Positions 29,969 through 36,885 of a stretch of DNA of 36,885 nt are shown in pieces. The position numbers and the translations under genes are program-made. The notes beneath the pieces are model-generated. The model was not told the origin of the DNA. It searched no databases and saw only the letters and a program-made list of their open reading frames with translations. Position 1 is the stretch's first letter, and every line of letters starts with the position of its first letter. The stretch is from Candidatus Aenigmatarchaeota archaeon (GTDB taxonomy: Archaea > Aenigmatarchaeota > Aenigmatarchaeia > GW2011-AR5), in contig JAZDNV010000013.1 of the NCBI GenBank assembly GCA_043799385.1, positions 1 to 36,885 on the forward strand, given 5' to 3'.

Positions 29969-30751
29969 ATGGATTTTGTCCAGAGAGTCAGGGATTTGAA
30001 AATACAGGGAGCAACGAACATCGCAATCGAATCTCTGAAGCACTTGAAAAAATTCGCAAGAAAAAATGGTTTTGGTCCTAAATTCGATAATGAGTGTAAG
30101 CGCTTGCTAAACGCAAGGCCGACTGCTGTTGTTCTGTATAACGTAATCGAAGAGCTGAAGATTGGTAAATCGCTGCGCAAAATCGATGAATTGCTGAAAA
30201 GATTGGGAGAGGTTGACAAAAAAATAGATAAATACGGTGTGAAAATATTCAGAAATTCCGGGGTGATGAACCATTGCCATTCGACTGAAGTCGTGTCTCT
30301 GATGAAATTCGCAAGAAAAAAAATAAAGTATGCGATAGTCACTGAAACTCGACCGAAGAATCAGGGAGTGAAAACGGCGAACGAGCTAAGCGACGCGGGC
30401 ATAAACGTGGTGTTCATAGTAGATTCGGCAATAGGGTATTTCATGCCTGACGCTGATTTTGTTCTCGTCGGAGCGGACGCGATAAGAAAAGAGGGTGTTG
30501 TAAACAAGATAGGAACGTTGCCGATGGCAATGGTCGCGAGAAAATTCAATAAGCCTGTTTATGTAGTTGCATCAACGTTCAAGATAGACAGAAGGAAAAA
30601 TTTTGAAATTGAAATCAGGAAAGGCAGCGAAATCCAGAGAACGAAAGGCATAGAGATAAATCCAGCTTTCGATATAACGCCATGGAAGTATATAAGCGGT
30701 GTCATAACAGAATATGGAATAAAGAAGCCAAAGGAGATGAGAACATTATGA
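29969..30751 (+). CDS. Ribose-1,5-bisphosphate isomerase (eIF-2B-like family)
   Basis: IQGA, ARPT, HCHS (catalytic Cys), ETRP..QG, VGADAI, NKIGT, NPAFDITP; overlaps the AMP phosphorylase start. Confidence 0.88.
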   Translation: MDFVQRVRDLKIQGATNIAIESLKHLKKFARKNGFGPKFDNECKRLLNARPTAVVLYNVIEELKIGKSLRKIDELLKRLGEVDKKIDKYGVKIFRNSGVMNHCHSTEVVSLMKFARKKIKYAIVTETRPKNQGVKTANELSDAGINVVFIVDSAIGYFMPDADFVLVGADAIRKEGVVNKIGTLPMAMVARKFNKPVYVVASTFKIDRRKNFEIEIRKGSEIQRTKGIEINPAFDITPWKYISGVITEYGIKKPKEMRTL

Positions 30752-32271
30752 AGCTCAAAGTTCGTTGCATAGACCTTGACGCAGGCGGCAAAACAATAGC
30801 AATAATAAACAGCGAGGATGCCATAGAATTCGGCGTGCATCCGCTGGAGAGACTAATTCTGAGAAAAGGCCGGAAGACCCTGACCGTAATCGTTGACATC
30901 ACCAAAAGATTCGCAAAGCCTGGCGAGATTATCGCGTACAAGGAGGTAACGGATATACTTGGCCTGAAGAACGGCGACATAATAAACGCGGAAAGGCGTG
31001 AGGAATTGCTATCAAAGAAATACATAAGAAAGAAGATAAACGGGTCTGAGCTGAACTACAACGAAATGCTTGCAATAGTGAAGGACGTGCTTGAGCGAAA
31101 TCTAAATGATTTAGAACTGGCCGCGTTCATAACTGCTCTGCAGATACGCCATCTGACGATGAGCGAAAATGCAGCATTAACAAAGGCGATGATAGACACG
31201 AGCAAAAAAATAAAATTTTCCGGCACAGTCGTGGACAAGCACAGCATCGGCGGGATATCAGGCGACAAGACGACGCTGCTTCTCGTACCGATAATCGCGT
31301 CAACAGGGTTGATAATACCGAAAACGTCATCGCGCGCAATAACGTCACCAGCAGGCACAGCCGACAGAATGGAAACGTTCGCTCCTGTTGACTTGGGTAT
31401 AGAAGAGATAAAGAAGGTCGTGAAAAAATGCCGCGGCTGTATAGTCTGGGGAGGCTCGCTTGAGCTATCGCCGGCAGACGATATGTTCATCCAGGTTGAA
31501 AAGCCATTATCATTTGACCCCATGCTAATGCCTTCTGTTGTTAGCAAGAAAAAAGTTGTCGGCTCGAAGTTTGTCATAATAGATATACCGTGCGGTTCTG
31601 GCGGAAAGATGAAGACCAAGGAAGACGGTGAGACACTAGCAAGAAGCTTCATTGCATTGGGCAAGAAATTCGGGATGAAAATCAACTGCGCGATGACATG
31701 CGGTGACCAGCCAATCGGCCGTGCAATTGGTCCGGCGCTGGAAGCGCGCGAAGCCTTGGAAACGATAATGAATAGGGGACAATACGCCAAAGGCATCAAT
31801 CGGTCTGCACCGGATTTAGTCGATAAAGCCACAACAGTAGCCGGCCTTCTTTTGGAGATGTGCGGCAAAGGCGATAAAAAAACAGCTGAAAAAATACTTT
31901 ACAGCGGAAAAGCGGAAAAAAAGCTGCGCGAGATAATTGCAGCACAGGGCGGAAACCCCGATATAAAACCGGAAGATATACCGTTTGCAGATTACAAGAT
32001 TAGCATTAAATCTGGCTTCAGTGGAATTGTATCCGGAGTCAATGATGACACCATCGCTTATCTTGCAAGAGTAGCCGGCGCTCCGAAGGACAAGCTTGCG
32101 GGAATTATGCTGAACAAAAAAATATGCGATAGAGTCGAAAAAGGTGAAACGCTATTCACAATATATGCAGAAAGGAAACCAAAACTGAATGAAGCAGTAA
32201 AAATATCAAAAACCCTTGATATTTTCTCAGTGTTCAACCGCAAGAAAAAGATGCTGATTGAAGAGATATGA
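30748..32271 (+). CDS. AMP phosphorylase (archaeal NMP phosphorylase)
   Basis: N-terminal extension domain, DKHSIGGISGDKTT, PKTSSRAITSPAGTAD, QPIGRAIGPALEA, AGAPKDK; start 30748. Confidence 0.93.
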   Translation: MKLKVRCIDLDAGGKTIAIINSEDAIEFGVHPLERLILRKGRKTLTVIVDITKRFAKPGEIIAYKEVTDILGLKNGDIINAERREELLSKKYIRKKINGSELNYNEMLAIVKDVLERNLNDLELAAFITALQIRHLTMSENAALTKAMIDTSKKIKFSGTVVDKHSIGGISGDKTTLLLVPIIASTGLIIPKTSSRAITSPAGTADRMETFAPVDLGIEEIKKVVKKCRGCIVWGGSLELSPADDMFIQVEKPLSFDPMLMPSVVSKKKVVGSKFVIIDIPCGSGGKMKTKEDGETLARSFIALGKKFGMKINCAMTCGDQPIGRAIGPALEAREALETIMNRGQYAKGINRSAPDLVDKATTVAGLLLEMCGKGDKKTAEKILYSGKAEKKLREIIAAQGGNPDIKPEDIPFADYKISIKSGFSGIVSGVNDDTIAYLARVAGAPKDKLAGIMLNKKICDRVEKGETLFTIYAERKPKLNEAVKISKTLDIFSVFNRKKKMLIEEI

Positions 32272-32275
32272 GAAA

Positions 32276-32935
32276 ATGACCGTAGATAAAAAAATCATGG
32301 AAAGCGCAGTATTGTCATTAAAAAAGCCAGGTAAATCTCCTGCGCTGCCAAAGGAGGAATCAAAAACAGAACCAGTGATATACGTGTTCCGACATGGCGA
32401 GACATACGACAATCGCCGCAGAATATTTTCAGGTTGGCGCCAATCAGGATTGACTCCGCAAGGCATAAAACAGGCAGAAGAACTTGCAAGAAAGCTGAAA
32501 AACAAAAGAATCGACCTTGCCATTCAGTCGCGATTGATAAGAAGTAGGGAAACACTGAAGATAGTGCTGAAATACCATCCGAAAACGCGCATAGAGAAGG
32601 ATGACAGGATAATAGAAAGGAATTATGGCAATCTTAATGGACGTAGCAAAATCAAAATGATGAGAGAGAACCCAGAGCTAATGGCAAAATACAGGCGTGG
32701 CTACAACTTTCCACCGCCGCACGGCGAGAGCGTGAAGATGGTCGAGAAACGCGTATTCCCGTTCTGCAAAGATTTAGTCAAAAGGGTGAAAAAGGAGAAA
32801 ATCGATGTAGCGATATCTGCGCACAGCAATTCGATGCGCGTCATAAGGCGATTCTTTGAGCGGATGAGCGTAGAACAGATGCTCACGCACGAGAATCCGC
32901 TTGGCAAGGATTATGCATCATACGTAATTAGGTGA
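32276..32935 (+). CDS. gpmA: 2,3-BPG-dependent phosphoglycerate mutase-like histidine phosphatase
   Basis: RHGET..N..IFSGW, ERNYGNLNG, RRGYNFPPPHGES, AHSNSMR; lies in a glycolytic operon. Confidence 0.8.
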   Translation: MTVDKKIMESAVLSLKKPGKSPALPKEESKTEPVIYVFRHGETYDNRRRIFSGWRQSGLTPQGIKQAEELARKLKNKRIDLAIQSRLIRSRETLKIVLKYHPKTRIEKDDRIIERNYGNLNGRSKIKMMRENPELMAKYRRGYNFPPPHGESVKMVEKRVFPFCKDLVKRVKKEKIDVAISAHSNSMRVIRRFFERMSVEQMLTHENPLGKDYASYVIR

Positions 32936-32939
32936 TAAC

Positions 32940-33725
32940 ATGTACGTAATAAAGGCTGACGGCACGAAGGAAAAGTTTCAGGAAGAAAAAATCATAAACA
33001 CATGCCTAAGGGCAGGCGTTGACAGGGACGTTGCAGACGAGATAGTAGAAGTCATCAAAAGGGCTGTAAAAAACCTAGCGACAACGCATGAGATATACAA
33101 GCTGATACTTGACGAATTGGAAAAGAGAAAGGATAAATCCGCTCTTTCGTTTCCGCTAAGAGAAGCGATATCAAACATGAACCCAGAGAAGTTTGAAATC
33201 TATGTAAAAAAGGTACTGGAGCAGCACGGTTACGACTGCGATTGGAATGAAATTGTAGAAGGAGAGTGCATAGAACATCAGGTTGATATAATAGCCAAAA
33301 GGGATAGATTGTTCTTGGTTGAGTGCAAGCATCACGTCAATCACCACCGTTTCTGCGGTTTAGGCATAGTTTTGCAGGTCCAGGCAAGATTTGAGGATAT
33401 AATAGACAATCCTAAAGCAAGCTACAAGTTCGACCAGGCGTGGGTGATAACGAACACGAAATTTTCCGACCACGCGAAGATATACGCAAGCAAGAAGAAC
33501 ATAAGGCTCAGCGGATGGCGGTATCAGAATGAGCACGCCTTGGAAGAGATGATACAATCAAAAAAAATCTATCCGATAACGATATTGAAAACAGACGACA
33601 AGACTAAGAGGATTTTAATGCAAAACAACATACTCACAATACAGGATGTCATTTCAACAAAGAAGAAGATAATAAACGAGAGTATGATGAAGAAGTTGAT
33701 AGAGCAGGCAAGACTGCTCATTTAA
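32940..33725 (+). CDS. ATP-cone domain fused to an Mrr-like PD-(D/E)xK restriction endonuclease domain
   Basis: VIKADGTKEKF..EKI (ATP cone); FEIYV, HQVDIIA..LVECKHH, WVITNTKFS (Mrr catalytic domain). Confidence 0.88.
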   Translation: MYVIKADGTKEKFQEEKIINTCLRAGVDRDVADEIVEVIKRAVKNLATTHEIYKLILDELEKRKDKSALSFPLREAISNMNPEKFEIYVKKVLEQHGYDCDWNEIVEGECIEHQVDIIAKRDRLFLVECKHHVNHHRFCGLGIVLQVQARFEDIIDNPKASYKFDQAWVITNTKFSDHAKIYASKKNIRLSGWRYQNEHALEEMIQSKKIYPITILKTDDKTKRILMQNNILTIQDVISTKKKIINESMMKKLIEQARLLI

Positions 33726-33754
33726 ACTTTAAATTTACGGAAACCTTATTATCA

Positions 33755-33845
33755 TAAGCTATTCGAAGGGCAACTCAAACTTAAAACTTCAGTTTTAAGT
33801 TGGTTTCCTGGTGAAACCTTTTTGAGCTTCGATTCGAATAGCTTA
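33755..33845 (+). ncRNA. Putative structured element with BHB geometry and a three-way junction
   Basis: 13-bp terminal inverted repeat TAAGCTATTCGAA/TTCGAATAGCTTA enclosing GGGC/GCTT, two 3-nt bulges and two hairpins; TATA-like TTTAAATTTA about 25 nt upstream. Confidence 0.45.
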
Positions 33846-33870
33846 AAACTATTCCTGTAAAAAATAGATT

Positions 33871-34665
33871 ATGCAATATATGATAGCAAGGTACGGCGAA
33901 GTCTTTCTCAAGAGCGATTTCGTAAAAAAACGCATGAGGAAGATTCTTGTAGACAACATAAAGCATGATTTACAGAAAAATGGCATTGACGCGTCGGTGT
34001 GCGCAGGCGATATAATAAGAATTTACACAAACAGCGTAAAAAAAACCGAAACTACTCTTAAGAGGACGTTTGGCATAGTCTCATTCTCGAGCGTATTCGT
34101 GTGCAAAAAGGATATGGATGATATATGCACGACTGCGAAAAGTCTTGCAAAAAATTTTTCTGGCACTTTCGCAATCGAGGCAAAGCGTTCTGACAAGTCG
34201 TTCCCTTACACGAGCCAGGATATAGAAAGAATCGCGGGAAAAGCAATCGCAGACACAGGGCTGAAAGTGAATTTGACAAAACCGAAAAATAAAATTTACA
34301 TAGACGTCAGAGACGAGTGCCACGTTTACAGCAATGTTAATCCCGGTCCTGGTGGTCTGCCATTAGGCTCAGGCGGCATGGCGATCGGCTTTTCTGATAA
34401 CCTTCTCGCCAATTGGCTGATGATGAAACGTGGCGTGAAGGTAGTTCTTGTCGGAAAAGACCGCAGAAACTATAAAAAGTTAAAGAAGTGGAACAGCAAA
34501 TTGTCATTTCATAAAATAAATAAAATTCAAGATATCAGCAAAATAGCGAAAAAGCAAAACATAAGGGCGGTGATATACGATAAGCCGGTTAAAAACCTCT
34601 TGTCATTGAACCCGCTTGTCGGTTTTTCAGAAAAGGAAATAAGAGCAATGAAAAGACTCATTTAA
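33871..34665 (+). CDS. ThiI-like THUMP-domain protein with a degenerate PP-loop domain
   Basis: ARYGEVFLKS, FGIVSFS, FAIEAKRSDKSFPYTS, VNLTKP, GPGGLPLG, LMMKRG; the SGGxDS motif is missing. Confidence 0.8.
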   Translation: MQYMIARYGEVFLKSDFVKKRMRKILVDNIKHDLQKNGIDASVCAGDIIRIYTNSVKKTETTLKRTFGIVSFSSVFVCKKDMDDICTTAKSLAKNFSGTFAIEAKRSDKSFPYTSQDIERIAGKAIADTGLKVNLTKPKNKIYIDVRDECHVYSNVNPGPGGLPLGSGGMAIGFSDNLLANWLMMKRGVKVVLVGKDRRNYKKLKKWNSKLSFHKINKIQDISKIAKKQNIRAVIYDKPVKNLLSLNPLVGFSEKEIRAMKRLI

Positions 34666-34749
34666 TCTCCTTCAAGAGTTCGCATGCCTTGCATAACCAC
34701 GGCCTTTTAATCTTCACTTTAAAAGTTATACAACAAATTTAAAATAAAT

Positions 34750-34836
34750 GCCGGAATAGCCAAGCCTGGTTTACGGCGGTAGTCTCGAAAACTACTGTGG
34801 CTTCGCCACGCGCAGGTTCGAATCCTGCTTCCGGCG
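34750..34836 (+). tRNA. tRNA-Ser(CGA), no intron
   Basis: GCCGGAA/TTCCGGC, GTAGT-CT-CGA-AA-ACTAC, long variable arm, discriminator G. Confidence 0.95.
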
Positions 34837-34884
34837 CGTTAATTCTTTAACTTTAAATAATATTTTTGACAGACAGATATTGCT

Positions 34885-35047
34885 GCCGAGATGGCGGAGC
34901 TTGGTCCAACGCGCTAGCCTTGAGTAAACTTCGTGAACAAAATGACGCACAAAGTGCGTCCATGTGCATTCGAAGTTTAACCAAGAAATTGTTAAAAGAA
35001 AGCTAGTGTGCTTTCAGCACTCGCAGGTTCGAATCCTGCTCTCGGCG
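34885..35047 (+). tRNA. tRNA-Ser(TGA) with a 76-nt intron at 37/38 (intron 34925-35000)
   Basis: GCCGAGA/TCTCGGC, CTAGC-CT-TGA-G|intron|A-GCTAG, long variable arm, discriminator G. Confidence 0.92.
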
Positions 35048-35132
35048 CTCTATTTTCTTCGTAATTTTCTCGTAATTACCAAAAACCATAACCTTTATTA
35101 ATCGCCTGAAACATGATTAATTAGGTGAAAAG

Positions 35133-35771
35133 ATGGCAATGGTATTTCAGGATATAGGAGCAATCCTATCGAACCTAACAGAGCAAACAGTGACGTTCCT
35201 GCCGAACCTTGTTGGTGCAATATTATTGCTAATAATCGGCCTAGTGCTAGGCAAGGTATTTGGCAGAGTCGTAGGAGAGATTCTAGACAGACTAAAACTT
35301 GACTACTACGTCACCGAAACAGAGAAACCAGCAGTGAGCCTATCAGGGTTCTTCGCATTGATAACAAGATGGTGGATATACGTAGCATTCGTAACAGCGG
35401 CTATCGGAGTGCTTGGCGTTATGGAACTGACGCAGTGGATGCGATCAGTACTGTACTTCATTCCTAACATCATAGGAGCAGCGATAATAATAATCGTTTC
35501 CTATGTGATTGGAGTGTACATCAAGAGCCAGCTCAAGAAGACGAAAGAGCCTTATGCATTGATAATCGGTAAGGTGATATTCTTCTTCGTGATGTACGTA
35601 GGAATAGCCATAGCCTTACCAGTGCTGAACATACCCGCAGGTCTTGTGAACAACATCCTGTTGTTGATAATAGGCTCGTTGTCTCTAGGACTCGCAATAG
35701 CTCTAGGTTTGGGTTTGAAGGATGCAATTTCAGACGTCTCCAAAAGATACGTTAAGAAGATGAGGTTGTAG
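35133..35771 (+). CDS. TM-helix-repeat membrane protein (MscS TM/CmpX-like)
   Basis: FLPNLVGAILLL and FIPNIIGAAIII repeats; ALGLGLKD. Confidence 0.85.
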   Translation: MAMVFQDIGAILSNLTEQTVTFLPNLVGAILLLIIGLVLGKVFGRVVGEILDRLKLDYYVTETEKPAVSLSGFFALITRWWIYVAFVTAAIGVLGVMELTQWMRSVLYFIPNIIGAAIIIIVSYVIGVYIKSQLKKTKEPYALIIGKVIFFFVMYVGIAIALPVLNIPAGLVNNILLLIIGSLSLGLAIALGLGLKDAISDVSKRYVKKMRL

Positions 35772-35856
35772 TTTTTATTTTTTTATTAATTCTTGTTTTT
35801 ATTTAATCCGAGTAGCTTTGGCTTTTTAAATCTATTTCAGAAATAATTAACCTTAA

Positions 35857-35987
35857 GCGGCTGTAGTCTAGTGGTAGGACCCTACCCTGCCAAAAAGCGG
35901 AACGGTAGGAGCCCGGGTTCAAAACAACCCTTTCTTGAAAGAAAGCGTTGACGGAAAGAAACGGTTGGGAACGTCCCGGCAGCCGCA
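35857..35987 (+). tRNA. tRNA-Gly(GCC) with two introns: 10 nt at 37/38 (35893-35902) and 50 nt at 59/60 in the T loop (35924-35973)
   Basis: GCGGCTG/CAGCCGC, CTACC-CT-GCC-A|..|C-GGTAG, CCGGG-TTCAAA|..|T-CCCGG; removing both introns gives a 71-nt cloverleaf. Confidence 0.9.
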
Positions 35988-36057
35988 TAATATTTATCAA
36001 GGCTTGGGAAAATTTAGCTTTAAATTTTCTCCCGTTTAATTAAAAACAAGTGATGCC

Positions 36058-36519
36058 ATGTTTTTTGCAAAGAAAGATAAAGAGAAGTCGATAGAAGAGA
36101 TAAAGAAAGCGATGGAAGAGGCGCCCATCGACGAACTTGATGATGATTTAGTTCTTAATGAGGATATCAGGGAGCGGCCAAGAGAAGAATCCGCCGCGCC
36201 GCTGTTCGTTAAGGTTGAAAAGTACCGTGAGATATTGAACGATATACAGGAGATGAAAGTCTTTGTCTCTGGGTTGAAGCAGCTGTTCAACATCATCCAT
36301 GAGCTTGAGACGGTTAGAAGTGATGCGCTGAACATACTCAGAACGACCACGCAGCGGCTAGAGAAAAGCATAATAGAGATAGATTCAGCGCTATTGAGGC
36401 CGCGCGGCCTAGAGATTGAGCCGCATGGAGAAGCCGAGGTCTCGCATATCGAAGATTCGTTACAGGACCTGCAGCGGCAGCTTAGCTTGCTGAGAAAGGA
36501 TCTGCAGGGTTTGAAGTAA
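36058..36519 (+). CDS. Conserved coiled-coil hypothetical protein
   Basis: APLFVKVEKYREIL motif followed by heptad repeats. Confidence 0.75.
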   Translation: MFFAKKDKEKSIEEIKKAMEEAPIDELDDDLVLNEDIRERPREESAAPLFVKVEKYREILNDIQEMKVFVSGLKQLFNIIHELETVRSDALNILRTTTQRLEKSIIEIDSALLRPRGLEIEPHGEAEVSHIEDSLQDLQRQLSLLRKDLQGLK

Positions 36520-36593
36520 CTGCTTTTAAATTTTGCCCTTGTTATTAATAATCTAGAGCCACAAATCTCTCTAGAAGAAATGAGATTATAAGG

Positions 36594-36624
36594 TTTTTGA
36601 TTAACCTTTTTCCCAAAAAGGTTA
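36594..36624 (-). repeat. Hairpin-plus-ATCAAAAA element directly upstream of tRNA-Leu
   Basis: Minus strand TAACCTTTTT-GGG-AAAAAGGTTA-ATCAAAAA, similar to the elements in the Gly(CCC) and Ser(TGA) introns. Confidence 0.55.
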
Positions 36625-36625
36625 T

Positions 36626-36801
36626 GCGAGGGTAGCCAAGTGGCCAAAGGCGCAAGGCATTTTTGAGTCTTGAAGCACATAGACGATTGGCCGTCTAGCT
36701 GTGTCAAATGATAGCGATACTCAAGATCTTGTCCCTTAGTGCATGACGACTTTAGTCGTCTGTGAGGAATGGATTCGTCGGTTCGAATCCGGCCCCTCGC
36801 A
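36626..36801 (+). tRNA. tRNA-Leu(CAA) with two non-canonical introns: 62 nt at 30/31 (36657-36718) and 30 nt in the variable arm (36740-36769)
   Basis: GCGAGGG/CCCTCGC-A; spliced anticodon arm CAAG|A-CT-CAA-GA-TCTTG pairs perfectly; the second intron has a full BHB (CCTT/GAGG, bulges AGT and AAT); mature length 84 nt. Confidence 0.88.
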
Positions 36802-36885
36802 TAATTTTTCGTATATCTCCAGCCACTCTGTAAACTGCACATTCAACGCATTGAAGATGTAAGCAGCCGCCTCCCCGCGCAGGAG

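Noticed and set aside
33781..33966. 61-aa minus-strand ORF
   Set aside because: Overlaps the ThiI-like gene and the structured element; no motif
34925..35000. Box C/D-like words (GTGA, ATGACG) in the Ser(TGA) intron
   Set aside because: The K-turn pairs do not covary and I found no antisense to the host tRNA, unlike the Leu intron
34885..35047. Selenocysteine or suppressor tRNA
   Set aside because: Anticodon TGA reads UCA (Ser), not UGA; it has a standard 7-bp acceptor stem and G73
35803..36000. 65-aa minus-strand ORF
   Set aside because: Antisense to the two-intron tRNA-Gly(GCC)
36036..36842. 268-aa minus-strand ORF
   Set aside because: Runs antisense across tRNA-Leu and a coherent plus-strand CDS; Ser-rich shadow composition
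36802..36885. 3' end of a minus-strand CDS entering from the window edge
   Set aside because: Two frames are open and neither can be chosen from 84 nt

Overview
A 36.9-kb chromosomal segment of an archaeon, most likely a DPANN lineage (inferred from archaeal TPI/PGK, ADP-dependent sugar kinase, AMP phosphorylase plus R15P isomerase, an S-layer protein, TATA promoters and BHB-type tRNA introns). It contains a small accessory region next to tRNA-Val, a MacB-type ABC/COG1361 cassette, two class III signal-peptide surface proteins (one Cys-rich with a transglutaminase-like domain), the major S-layer gene, a mosaic glycolysis/NAD-repair/nucleotide-salvage cluster and seven tRNA genes. Five of the tRNA genes carry seven introns in total, three of them at non-canonical positions. 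The strongest novel signal is in the 30/31 intron of tRNA-Leu(CAA). It carries a 12-nt antisense to the spliced host anticodon arm next to a covarying box D/C K-turn whose +5 position is wobble C34, which suggests a permuted, intron-encoded C/D guide. Other signals are a shared hairpin-plus-AYCAARAAA element in tRNA introns and a tRNA flank, a free-standing BHB-shaped structured element upstream of a catalytically degenerate ThiI, operator arrays beside two membrane-anchored wHTH regulators, and small frameshifted or truncated genes. All family calls come from motif recognition by eye; no database searches were run.
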